From the NCBI GenBank assembly GCA_040081555.1, contig JBEBGG010000004.1, positions 1-56,867 on the forward strand: 56,867 nucleotides of DNA, given 5' to 3'. This stretch comes from Vicinamibacterales bacterium. Lineage in GTDB: Bacteria > Acidobacteriota > Vicinamibacteria > Vicinamibacterales > CAVVIG01. Below, piece after piece: positions 36,313 through 45,405 of the stretch (positions within the stretch are counted from its first letter, which is position 1; the number at the start of each line of letters is the position of its first letter). The translations under genes and the position numbers were made by a program. Under the pieces are notes generated by a model. That model had not been told where the DNA came from, searched no databases, and saw only the letters and a program-made list of their open reading frames with translations.

Positions 36313-37386
36313 TTGAAGATTCTCCTCATTCGACTTAGGCAAATCGGCGACGTCGTCTTCACGACGCCAGCCGTTCACGCTCTTCGACGGCAGTTCCCAC
36401 ACGCGCATCTCTCCTACCTCGTTGAACCCGCCGCCGCGCCGGTCGTTGCCCACAACCCGCATCTCTCTCAGGTGATCGTCGCGCCCCGCCGGTCCGGACT
36501 GATTGGCACGCTCGCGGACCTCAGCCTCGGCCGCAGGCTCAGGCGCAACGACTTCGACCTTGTGATCGACTTTCATGGAGGCCCCCGCGCATCACTACTC
36601 GCATGGCTGAGCGGCGCGCCCCGCCGCATTGGTTACGACATTCCAGGACGAGGCTGGATGTACACCGACGTCGTCGCCAGGCCGCGCGAGCTGCGCCCCC
36701 GCCACTCCGTCGAGAACCAGTGGGATCTGCTCGCCCCTCTCGGGATCGGCGCGCCAACGCCAGAGGGGTTTCCGGTTGAGATGCTCACTGGCGGCGATGC
36801 CGAGGAGCGAGTGACGAGGCGGCTGAAGGCGGCTGGGATTGCCGGCCAACTGATCATCGTCATGCACGTGAGCGCGGGCAATCCGTTCCGGCGCTGGCCG
36901 GTGGCCTCATTCGGCGAAGTGGCGGCCCGACTGCTTGCCGATCAGTCCCACCGCCGCATCATCGTCACCTCGGGTCCGTCTGAAGCCGACGCCGCGGCGC
37001 GGGTGGTCAACGACGCACGACTACGCCTTCCTGCCTTGCAGCAGTCGCACGTTGAGGCGTGGAGCGACGACTTCCCACTTGAAGACTTGCGCGCCCTGAG
37101 CGCGCGGGCCGCGCTCTACATCGGCGGCGACAGCGGTCCCATGCACGTCGCAGCCACGAGCGACGTCCCGATGGTGTCGCTCTACGGCCCGACCCTGCCA
37201 GCACGCTCGGCCCCATGGCGCAGTCACCCCGAACGAGCCGTCGCCGTTGGGGTGCAGGACCTGGCGTGCCGCCCCTGCGATCAACGCGTGTGCGTCACAC
37301 ACGACTTTCGGTGCCTCGGCCGTCTGGAACCGGCGGCTGTACTCGCCGCGGCCGAATTTCTGCTGGCAAACGAACGGGTACACTAG
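36313..37386 (+). CDS. Glycosyltransferase family 9 (LPS heptosyltransferase-like)
   Basis: KILLIRLRQIGDVVFTTP, RRWP, GGDSGPMHVA and SLYGPT; TTG start directly after the Trm112 stop. Confidence 0.92.
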   Translation: MKILLIRLRQIGDVVFTTPAVHALRRQFPHAHLSYLVEPAAAPVVAHNPHLSQVIVAPRRSGLIGTLADLSLGRRLRRNDFDLVIDFHGGPRASLLAWLSGAPRRIGYDIPGRGWMYTDVVARPRELRPRHSVENQWDLLAPLGIGAPTPEGFPVEMLTGGDAEERVTRRLKAAGIAGQLIIVMHVSAGNPFRRWPVASFGEVAARLLADQSHRRIIVTSGPSEADAAARVVNDARLRLPALQQSHVEAWSDDFPLEDLRALSARAALYIGGDSGPMHVAATSDVPMVSLYGPTLPARSAPWRSHPERAVAVGVQDLACRPCDQRVCVTHDFRCLGRLEPAAVLAAAEFLLANERVH

Positions 37387-37398
37387 AACAACGAGGCC

Positions 37399-38637
37399 AT
37401 GACCAACGCTCAGGCGATCAGCGCCGTGCCCGCGCGTGACGGCACCACGGCATCGATGACCGGCCGTCTCGAACTGGCGGGCACGCTCTCGATCTTCGGG
37501 ATGGCGATCGCGGTCCAGTTTTCGATCGCCATTGCCCAGCTCGCCTTGGCTATCGCCATCGTCTGCTGGCTGGCCGTCAGCTACGTCGGCCGAGAGCGGG
37601 TGGCGGTGCCGCGTTTCTTCTGGCCGGTCGTGGCCTACTGCGGATGGACGCTGGTCTCTTCCATCTTCTCCGGCAATCCAGGCCTCAGCCTGCTCGACTC
37701 CAAACAGCTGGTGCTGTTTCTCATTGTCCCGGTCGCCTATCGCTTCATCTCAGCCCAACGCGCGCCGCTGCTGCTGACCATGGTCATGTCGATCGGCGCG
37801 GTCAGCGCCGCCTACGGGCTCTTTCAGTGGGCGCTGCTTCATTACAACGAGGTGGGCCTGCGGCCCCAGGGCACGCTCGGACACTACATGACCTACTCCG
37901 GTCTCCTGATGCAAGTCCTCGGCATCGCCATCGCCAAGCTGCTGTTCGCGCGAGGCGAGCGCGTCTGGGCCGCACTTGTCATGCCCGCCCTACTGATGAC
38001 CGTGGCATTGACCCTGTCGAGAAACGCGTGGGTCGGTACCTTCGCCGCAGCGGCGGTCCTGCTGGCACTCAAGGACCTGCGCCTACTGCTCACACTCCCG
38101 ATGGTCGCCGGCCTGACACTGACCCTTGCCGGGTCGGTGGTGAATGCCCGCGTGTTGTCGATGTTCAATTCACAGGACGCCACACGGGTCGATCGCATCG
38201 CGATGATCCGCGAAGGCATCCACATGGTGCAGGCCCACCCTCTGGTCGGCGTCGGCCCCAACATGGTCAAGGAACTCTACGAGCAGTTCCGCGTCCCGGG
38301 CGCAATCGAAAGGATCAACCCGCATCTGCACAACGTTCCGGTGCAGATTGCCGCCGAGCGAGGTCTCCCGGCGCTCGCGTGCTGGCTCGCATTCATTGGG
38401 CTGCTGTTTGTCGATCTCTGGCGCGCCTTCAAACGGCGGAGTCCGACTGCAGGAAACTCCCACATAGTCAATCCGCAAAAGTCTGTGGTCGGGGCGGCCC
38501 TGGCCGGCCTCATTGCCATGGTCGCCGGCGGCATGTTCGAGTACAACTTCGGCGACTCGGAATTTCTCATGCTCTTCCTACTGATCGCGGTCCTGCCATT
38601 CGTGCCAAGCCGCCAGACAGCGAGCACTGCATCGTGA
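37399..38637 (+). CDS. O-antigen ligase family membrane protein
   Basis: Multiple TM helices, LTLSRNAW, HPLVGVG and HLHNVPVQIAAERG. Confidence 0.88.
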   Translation: MTNAQAISAVPARDGTTASMTGRLELAGTLSIFGMAIAVQFSIAIAQLALAIAIVCWLAVSYVGRERVAVPRFFWPVVAYCGWTLVSSIFSGNPGLSLLDSKQLVLFLIVPVAYRFISAQRAPLLLTMVMSIGAVSAAYGLFQWALLHYNEVGLRPQGTLGHYMTYSGLLMQVLGIAIAKLLFARGERVWAALVMPALLMTVALTLSRNAWVGTFAAAAVLLALKDLRLLLTLPMVAGLTLTLAGSVVNARVLSMFNSQDATRVDRIAMIREGIHMVQAHPLVGVGPNMVKELYEQFRVPGAIERINPHLHNVPVQIAAERGLPALACWLAFIGLLFVDLWRAFKRRSPTAGNSHIVNPQKSVVGAALAGLIAMVAGGMFEYNFGDSEFLMLFLLIAVLPFVPSRQTASTAS

Positions 38638-39617
38638 CTCTTCCTGCACTCAGGCCAGCCCGCGCGCGAGATCTGATCGCCAGTTTCAGGGGACTGCCCG
38701 TGCTGGTGGTCGGCGACGTCATGCTGGATCGCTTCATCGTCGGCGACGTCACGCGCATTTCCCCAGAAGCGCCGGTCCCGGTGGTCCGCTTCCGGTCCGA
38801 ACACGTGCGCCTAGGTGGCGCCGCCAACGTCGTGCAGAATCTGGCAGCATTTGGCGCCCGCGTCTCGCTGATCGGTCTTGTCGGCGCCGATGCCGCCGCG
38901 GCGCGCGTCCGCGAGTTGCTCGACGCATGCGGCGTCTCGGGTGAAGGGTTGGTCGAGGATCGCAGTCGGCCCACGGTCGAAAAGGTGCGAATCGTCACGG
39001 GACGTAACCAGCAGGTCGCCAGAATCGACTACGAGGAAGACACCGACGCGACTGGGGACGTCGAGGCTCGCATCGTCAAGGCAGTGCTCGACGCCGCGCC
39101 GCACGCGTCGATCCTGCTCGCCTCCGACTATCTGAAAGGCACGCTGACGAGGGCGACCATGCGAGCGCTGGTGGCGGCAAAGACCAACTCACGCCGACTT
39201 CTCGTCGATCCGAAGATTCCACACCTCGAACACTACGCCGGCGCCAGCCTGGTCACGCCGAACCATCTCGAGGCAGAAATCGCCACGCATCAGCGCATTC
39301 GAACGGACGACGATGCGCGGCTGGCGGCGGTGGCGTTCCGGGAGCGCGCGCGGTGCGACGCGGCATTGATTACGCGTGGTGAGCACGGGCTATGGCTGTC
39401 GAGTCCGGACATGGAAGGCGCGGTGCCGGCTGTGGCCCGAGAAGTGTCCGACGTCACCGGCGCGGGCGACACCGTGGTGGCGACGCTCGCGCTAGTGCTC
39501 GCAGCCGGCGGCACGCTCGCCGAAGCCGCGGTCCTCGCCAACCAGGCCGCCGGCATCGTCGTCGGCAAGTTCGGGCCAGCGACAGTCACGCCCGCCGAGC
39601 TCGCCGCAGCCTTCTAG
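38634..39617 (+). CDS. rfaE1: D-glycero-beta-D-manno-heptose-7-phosphate kinase (HldE/RfaE kinase domain only)
   Basis: VVGDVMLD, RISPEAPVPVV, GGAANV, SDYLKG, TPNHLE and DVTGAGDTV. GTG 38634 overlaps the ligase stop; the ORF-track extension to 37644 is out of frame with the ligase. Confidence 0.93.
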   Translation: MTLPALRPARARDLIASFRGLPVLVVGDVMLDRFIVGDVTRISPEAPVPVVRFRSEHVRLGGAANVVQNLAAFGARVSLIGLVGADAAAARVRELLDACGVSGEGLVEDRSRPTVEKVRIVTGRNQQVARIDYEEDTDATGDVEARIVKAVLDAAPHASILLASDYLKGTLTRATMRALVAAKTNSRRLLVDPKIPHLEHYAGASLVTPNHLEAEIATHQRIRTDDDARLAAVAFRERARCDAALITRGEHGLWLSSPDMEGAVPAVAREVSDVTGAGDTVVATLALVLAAGGTLAEAAVLANQAAGIVVGKFGPATVTPAELAAAF

Positions 39618-39663
39618 GCCGGCGTTCGGCCTAGGAAAGCGTACGACAATCAGGCGCCTCTCT

Positions 39664-41277
39664 TTAGTGCCTGAAATGGCGACGGCCGGTGAAGACCATC
39701 GCAATTCCGAACTCGTCGGCCGCAGCGATCACTTCCGCGTCGCGTACCGATCCGCCCGGCTGCACAACCGCGGTGGCACCCGCAGCCACGACCGCATCGA
39801 GACCGTCTCGGAAGGGGAAAAACGCGTCGGAGGCGGCCACCGATCCGGCAAGCGGACGCGACGGGTTCTTCGCCACCTCGCGGGCCTTCATCACTGCGAC
39901 GTTCACCGCATCCACTCGACTCATCTGTCCGGCACCGACTGCGAGCGTCTGCCTGGCGCTGGTAAAGATCACGGTATTCGACTTCACGTGTGCGCAGACA
40001 CGCCACGCGAAACGCAGGGCTTCCCATTCCTCGATGGTCGGCTCGCGCTTGCTTGCGATCTTGAAACCATCGGGAAGCTGACCGGTCCAGGGCCGTTGTG
40101 CTTCCGCCACAAAATCACGCTCCTGCGCCAGCGTCGCACCAAGAATGGTGCGAAAGTCGACCCCGCCACTCTTCAGCTGCGAGAAATCGGCAACGACCAC
40201 GCGCATGTTCGCTCGACGTGCAAGAACCGGCAGCGCCTCAGGATCGACAGCCGGCGCAATCACCGCTTCAATGAACGTCGACACGATCGCCTCGGCTGTC
40301 AGCACGTCGATGACGCGGTTGACGGCGACGATGCCACCAAACGCGGCAAGGCTATCGGCTTCACGAGCGCGCACGTACGCGTCCGCCGCAGTAATGCCGA
40401 TCGCCGCGCCGCATGGGTTGGTGTGCTTCACCACGACGGCGGCAGGCTCGTCGAACTCCAGAGCAATGCGAGCAGCCGCGTCGAGATCGAGCAGATTCGT
40501 GTACGAGAGCTCGCGACCCTGAAGAATCTTGGCCGCGCCGAAGCCGCCGCCCGCGCCCTGGCCACCGCTGGCCACGTACCACGCGGCCTTCTGATGCGAG
40601 TTTTCACCGTATCGCAGGTCACGCACCTTCTCGAGGCCGAGGTCGAAGGACACCGGCAGCACAACCAGCGAGGAACTCCTGCGGGCGAACTGCTCACCAT
40701 TGAGATCGACGGCGGCCAGGGTACGGGAGATCGCCGTGTCGTACGACGCCGTGTGCGCCAGCGCCTTGCGCATCAGATCGAAACGGAACGCCAGACTCGG
40801 TCCGAGATCGATTTCGGACAACAGCCGCCCGTAGTCCACCGGATCGACGACCACCATGACGCCCCGAAAGTTCTTGGCGGCGGCGCGCACCATTGAAGGC
40901 CCACCGATGTCGATCTCCTCAACCAACGCGTCAAACGGTGTCGCCGGGTTCGCTGCGGCCTTCACAAACGGATACAGATTGACGACAACCACATCGACAA
41001 GGCTGATACCCAAGGCGGCGATCGCCTCGATGTCGTCCGGGCGGTCGCGGCGGGCAAGAATGCCGCCGTGGAGGGCCGGGTGCAGGGTCTTGACACGGCC
41101 GTCCATCATTTCTGGAAAACCCGTGACATCGGAGACGTTGGTGACCGGCAAACCGGCGTCAGCAAGCGTGCGCGCGGTGCCACCGGTCGAGATCAGTTCG
41201 AAGCCGCGTTCAACAAGACCGCGACCAAGATCGGCAACGCCGGTCTTGTCGGACACACTCAGTAGGGCTCTTGGCAT
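39664..41277 (-). CDS. purH: Bifunctional AICAR transformylase / IMP cyclohydrolase
   Basis: [39 protein letters not shown] and SDAFFPFRD. Confidence 0.98.
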   Translation of the reverse strand: MPRALLSVSDKTGVADLGRGLVERGFELISTGGTARTLADAGLPVTNVSDVTGFPEMMDGRVKTLHPALHGGILARRDRPDDIEAIAALGISLVDVVVVNLYPFVKAAANPATPFDALVEEIDIGGPSMVRAAAKNFRGVMVVVDPVDYGRLLSEIDLGPSLAFRFDLMRKALAHTASYDTAISRTLAAVDLNGEQFARRSSSLVVLPVSFDLGLEKVRDLRYGENSHQKAAWYVASGGQGAGGGFGAAKILQGRELSYTNLLDLDAAARIALEFDEPAAVVVKHTNPCGAAIGITAADAYVRAREADSLAAFGGIVAVNRVIDVLTAEAIVSTFIEAVIAPAVDPEALPVLARRANMRVVVADFSQLKSGGVDFRTILGATLAQERDFVAEAQRPWTGQLPDGFKIASKREPTIEEWEALRFAWRVCAHVKSNTVIFTSARQTLAVGAGQMSRVDAVNVAVMKAREVAKNPSRPLAGSVAASDAFFPFRDGLDAVVAAGATAVVQPGGSVRDAEVIAAADEFGIAMVFTGRRHFRH

Positions 41278-41333
41278 ATAGGGGGAAGTTCAGTATTATC
41301 ACCCGGACGCCGGGCGGGCCTGGCGCCGTAAGG

Positions 41334-41361
41334 AAAAGGCCGCAGCAATGCGGCCTTTTTT
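41334..41361. terminator. Terminator-like hairpin with A/T tracts on both sides, between divergent purH and csp
   Basis: AAAAGGCCGCA-GCAA-TGCGGCCTTTTTT. Confidence 0.65.
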
Positions 41362-41471
41362 ATTGCTCCGACGACGTGTCGAGGCTCCGTCTCGAGCCAA
41401 TCACGCGAAGATCGGGGTTGGTTTTACTGACTCGGCGAACAGCCGGTGTCATAGCAAGCAGGAAGAGAACG

Positions 41472-41675
41472 ATGCGCATCACAGGCAAGGTCAAGTGGTT
41501 CAACAACGCCAAAGGCTATGGGTTCATCGAGCGCGACGGAGGCAGTGATGTCTTCGTACATTACTCCGCCATTCAGGGCGACGGTTTCCGTTCGCTGGAA
41601 GAAGGCCAGGCCGTAGAGTTCGAGATCGTTGACGGCCCGAAAGGCCCGCAGGCCGGCAACGTCACTAAAGTCTAG
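41472..41675 (+). CDS. Cold-shock protein (CspA family)
   Basis: [24 protein letters not shown] and GPKGPQA. Start ATG 41472. Confidence 0.98.
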   Translation: MRITGKVKWFNNAKGYGFIERDGGSDVFVHYSAIQGDGFRSLEEGQAVEFEIVDGPKGPQAGNVTKV

Positions 41676-41691
41676 TTTCTAGACCGGTTCG

Positions 41692-41739
41692 AGGGCCGAA
41701 GCGCGGGCGACAACGCCCAGCTTCGGCCCTTACCTTTTT
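41692..41739 (+). terminator. Terminator after csp, between convergent genes
   Basis: AGGGCCGAAGC-GC-GGGCG-ACAA-CGCCC-A-GCTTCGGCCCT followed by TACCTTTTT. Confidence 0.7.
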
Positions 41740-42326
41740 CACCCTTCGTCTGCTCCCCGCAGCGCACGTGCCGTAAAGGCCACCTTCCCGTCCTTCACGG
41801 CGACTCGAAAAGCGACCTCGCTTCCGCCGCCGACCTTCATCTTCTGCACCTGGGTCTTCACCAATTCCGCAAACCGGTGAAACGGCACGTTGTCGGCGCC
41901 CACCTCACGCCGCGCTTCGGCCACCGACGCATACAGCTCGTGCAGCTTGTCCATCTCGTTCAGGGGATCGCTGAACGCGGCAACGTGGAGAATGCGATCC
42001 TCCGGCCGCCTCTCTGCCGACGCTCGCGCTGGCGCTGTCTGCGCGAATGGCCCAGCGCGCCCTTCCTCTCTGGCGCGCAGGCCGCGGTCCCAAAGGTCGA
42101 TGAAGGTGGCAAAGCGCGTCTGCAGCGTCAGGAAGCGGAAGCGCTCCCCATAGTTGGGACTCGGCGACCGATCGATTTGCTTGACGGTCGCCTCGACTCG
42201 CCGCCGGGTTTCCCAGGGCGGACGCGCCAGCCGGCCAGCGAAGAACATGTTGTATTCAGCTTCCAACCGCTTGAGATCTGCCTCGAGACGCGTCAGGTCT
42301 CGATCGAGCGGAGAGTCGGCCGTCAT
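41739..42326 (-). CDS. Conserved hypothetical protein, helical N-domain plus small alpha/beta C-domain; resembles 'MXAN_5187 C-terminal domain' proteins (from memory)
   Basis: LEAEYNMFFAG..RPP, RFRFLTLQTRF and LYASVAEARREVG...FAELVKTQ...VAFRVAVKDGKVAF. Family assignment not verified by search. Confidence 0.6.
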   Translation of the reverse strand: MTADSPLDRDLTRLEADLKRLEAEYNMFFAGRLARPPWETRRRVEATVKQIDRSPSPNYGERFRFLTLQTRFATFIDLWDRGLRAREEGRAGPFAQTAPARASAERRPEDRILHVAAFSDPLNEMDKLHELYASVAEARREVGADNVPFHRFAELVKTQVQKMKVGGGSEVAFRVAVKDGKVAFTARALRGADEG

Positions 42327-42399
42327 TGATGCGTGAACACCATAGGACACATTGGCCGCGCGGTTGTGGGCTCCGGCTTAGGCCGAAGCGTCATATCCG

Positions 42400-43836
42400 T
42401 CAGAAGATCGTGCTGATCGAGGCTGCGGCCCAGTCCATCACCTGCGCGGGCAGGATGCCGAGATACAGCACAAGCACCGCCGACGCCAGCAGCGCAAGCG
42501 CAGCAATAGCGGGCACGGCGGGCACGCGGATCGGTTCGTTGTTCGGCGTCATGTACATCATCACGATGACACGCAGGTAGAAGAACACCGAAACGACGCT
42601 CGTCAGTACACCGATAATCGCCAGCCACGTATAGCCAGCGCTGATCGTCGCCATGAAGACGTAGTACTTGGCAATGAAGCCGCCGAAGGGGGGGAACCCG
42701 CCGAGCGACAGGAGGAACATGGCCATGAGCCCGGCGAGGACGGGATGCTGGTTCCACAGCCCGGCGTAGTCCTTGAACTGATCGTTTGGCCGCTCACGGC
42801 TTTCGATCAGCCCGATGAGGCCGAAGGCGCCTAGGTTGGTGACAGCGTAGGTCAGCAAATAGAACAGAATCGCGCCCTTACCAAGGTCGTTGGCGGCGAG
42901 GAGCGCGGCCAGCAGATAGCCACCGTGCGCGATGCTCGAATACGCCAGCATGCGCTTGAGGCTCGACTGCGCCACACCAACCACGGTGCCCAGGATCATC
43001 GTGGCGGCGGCGATCGCCCAGATGATTGGCGCCCAGTCAGCGCGTAGCGGTTCGTAGGCCGAGAGGAAGACACGGGCGAACGCCGCAAAGGCCGCGGCCT
43101 TGACGCCAGTGGACATGAAGCCCGTGACCGGCGGCGGCGCGCCCTCGTAGGCGTCCGGGGTCCACATGTGAAACGGCACCGCCGCCACCTTGAACGCAAA
43201 GCCGACCAGTAGCAAGCCCATCGCCATCAGCTGTAGCGGCGCAGGGTGCATCGATTGCGCCGCGATCATCGCGCCGATCTGCGTGAGGCTGGTCGAACCC
43301 GTCACGCCGTACGTCAGGGCAATGCCGTACAGGAAGAACGAGCTGGCAAAGGCGCCGAGGAGGAAGTATTTCATCGCCGCCTCGCTGGCGACCGGTCGGT
43401 CACGGCGAATGCCGGTCAGAACGTAGACCGCCAGCGACATCACTTCCAGTGCGAGGAAGATCACCAACAAGTCTGTAGCCGTTGCCATCAGGATCATTCC
43501 ACCGAGGGCAAACAGCATCAGCGCGTAGTACTCACCAAGCGGCAACCCTTCGCGTTCAACGACAGGGCCCGACAGCGCGATCGACAGCACGCCGACAATG
43601 ATCAGGATCCAGGTGACAAACAGCCCGAAGTTGTCGGCGACGACCACGCCAAAGCTGGCCGTGTTGCGGTCCCACAGCAGGAACGTCGCGACCGACGCAC
43701 CAATCAGGCCGATGATCCCGAGCGGACCGATCGGCATCCGCTCGCCCGGCGCGCGGAAGGCTTCGGCGAGCATCGCTGCGATCCCCGCAGCGAAGACACA
43801 GGCCATCGGCACGATAGCGTTCATGGAGGAGAACAT
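42400..43836 (-). CDS. nuoN: NADH-quinone oxidoreductase subunit N
   Basis: LEVMSL, EAAMKYFLLG, FKVAAVPFHMWTPDAYEGAP and KRMLAYSSI. Confidence 0.97.
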   Translation of the reverse strand: MFSSMNAIVPMACVFAAGIAAMLAEAFRAPGERMPIGPLGIIGLIGASVATFLLWDRNTASFGVVVADNFGLFVTWILIIVGVLSIALSGPVVEREGLPLGEYYALMLFALGGMILMATATDLLVIFLALEVMSLAVYVLTGIRRDRPVASEAAMKYFLLGAFASSFFLYGIALTYGVTGSTSLTQIGAMIAAQSMHPAPLQLMAMGLLLVGFAFKVAAVPFHMWTPDAYEGAPPPVTGFMSTGVKAAAFAAFARVFLSAYEPLRADWAPIIWAIAAATMILGTVVGVAQSSLKRMLAYSSIAHGGYLLAALLAANDLGKGAILFYLLTYAVTNLGAFGLIGLIESRERPNDQFKDYAGLWNQHPVLAGLMAMFLLSLGGFPPFGGFIAKYYVFMATISAGYTWLAIIGVLTSVVSVFFYLRVIVMMYMTPNNEPIRVPAVPAIAALALLASAVLVLYLGILPAQVMDWAAASISTIF

Positions 43837-43838
43837 GG

Positions 43839-45401
43839 CTAGTTGCCCCCCCGCGTCTGCGCCAGCGAGATGTCGCTATTGGTCGGCGTGGATGGCACAT
43901 GGGCCTGCACAGAGGAGCCCTGCTTCAACTGACTGAGCAACCGCTCAATGGACGGCCCCATGGGCTTGAGAAACAGATTCGGCAGCACGCCCATGACGAT
44001 CGAGAGTGCAATGACAGGGATCAGCAGTGCCCACTCTCGGGGCTTCAGGTCCGGCAGCGCCTTGTTCTTTTCGGTGATCGGCCCGTAGTTCACGCGCTGG
44101 AACATCCACAGCATGTAGGTAGCCGAGAGGATCACGCCCGTGGCGGCGAAGGCCGCAAGCGTCGGATTCCAGGCAAACGCGCCAAGCAGAATCAGAAACT
44201 CTCCAACGAAGCCGTTCAGACCAGGCAAACCAATCGACGCCAGTGTGATGATGAGGAAAGCGGCCACGAGGCGCGGTGTCACATGCTTGAGGCCGCCATA
44301 CTCCGAAATCAGCCGCGTGTGACGCCGGTCGGACAACATGCCGACAATGAGGAAGAGGCCGCCGGTGCTGATCCCGTGATTCAGCATTTGGTAGACAGCG
44401 CCTTGCACGCCGTGCGTGTTCATCGCGGTAATGCCGAGAACAACGAACCCGAGGTGGCTGACGCTCGAATACGCGACCAGCTTCTTCATGTCCGGCTGCA
44501 CCATCGCCACCAGCGCGCCGTAGATGATGCCAATCACCGCCAGTAGAGCGAGGTAGGGCGCGAAGTAGGCCGCGGCTTCGGGAAACAGCGGAAATGCGAA
44601 ACGCAAGAGTCCGTAGGTCCCCATCTTCAACAGCACGCCGGCGAGAATCACTGAACCGGCGGTGGGCGCTTCAACGTGCGCGTCAGGCAGCCATGTGTGG
44701 AACGGGAACAGTGGCACCTTGATCGCAAACGCCAGGGCAAAGGCCAGGAAGAACCAGAACTGCAAGTGTGACGGGACAGTGAGCGTGTACAGCTCGAGCA
44801 GGTCAAAACTGTATCGACCGGTGGCCGTCGCATAGAGGCCTGCCATGCCGAGGATCGCAAGCAGCATCAAGACGCTGCCGGCCATCGTGTAGAGCAGGAA
44901 CTTGATCGACGCGTAGATCCGGCGGTCGTACCCCCAGATCCCGATGAGGAAGTACATCGGAATGAGCATCGCGTCCCAAAACACATAGAAGAGAAACAGA
45001 TCGAGTGAGACGAACACGCCGATCATCGCCGACTCGAGCAGCAGCACCACCATGCAGAAGGCGCGGAGTTTCTTGTGCACCGATTCCCATGAACAGAGCA
45101 GGGCGATTGGTGTCAGGAATCCGGTAAGCACGATGAGCAGCAGGCTGATGCCATCGACGCCCACGGCGTAACCGATGCCAAACGCCGGAATCCAGGCGTG
45201 GCGCTCAACGAGCTGGAACTCGGCCGAACTGCTGTCGAACTGCGCCCACAACAGGACGGTGACCGCAAACACCAGCAGCGACACGCCAAGAGCGGCGTTA
45301 CGGATAATCGATTCGTGCTCGTGATCGTCTTTGAACGCCAGAAGCGCGAGGGCGCCGACGATTGGCAGGGCGATAAGCGCAGTCAGTATCGGAAATGGCA
45401 T
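43839..45401 (-). CDS. nuoM: NADH-quinone oxidoreductase subunit M
   Basis: GVDGISL, KVPLFPFHTWLPDAHVEAPT and KKLVAYSSVSH. Start ATG 45401. Confidence 0.97.
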   Translation of the reverse strand: MPFPILTALIALPIVGALALLAFKDDHEHESIIRNAALGVSLLVFAVTVLLWAQFDSSSAEFQLVERHAWIPAFGIGYAVGVDGISLLLIVLTGFLTPIALLCSWESVHKKLRAFCMVVLLLESAMIGVFVSLDLFLFYVFWDAMLIPMYFLIGIWGYDRRIYASIKFLLYTMAGSVLMLLAILGMAGLYATATGRYSFDLLELYTLTVPSHLQFWFFLAFALAFAIKVPLFPFHTWLPDAHVEAPTAGSVILAGVLLKMGTYGLLRFAFPLFPEAAAYFAPYLALLAVIGIIYGALVAMVQPDMKKLVAYSSVSHLGFVVLGITAMNTHGVQGAVYQMLNHGISTGGLFLIVGMLSDRRHTRLISEYGGLKHVTPRLVAAFLIITLASIGLPGLNGFVGEFLILLGAFAWNPTLAAFAATGVILSATYMLWMFQRVNYGPITEKNKALPDLKPREWALLIPVIALSIVMGVLPNLFLKPMGPSIERLLSQLKQGSSVQAHVPSTPTNSDISLAQTRGGN

Positions 45402-45405
45402 CCCG

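Noticed and set aside
37644-38633. ORF-track 657-aa protein suggesting a large N-terminal fusion to the heptose kinase
   Set aside because: The extension overlaps the O-antigen ligase in another frame and is low-complexity. GTG 38634 gives a normal kinase coupled to the ligase stop.
41278-41470. ZMP/ZTP (pfl) riboswitch expected upstream of purH
   Set aside because: No match to the P1/P3 consensus on the minus strand, and a -10-like hexamer close to the start suggests a very short leader.
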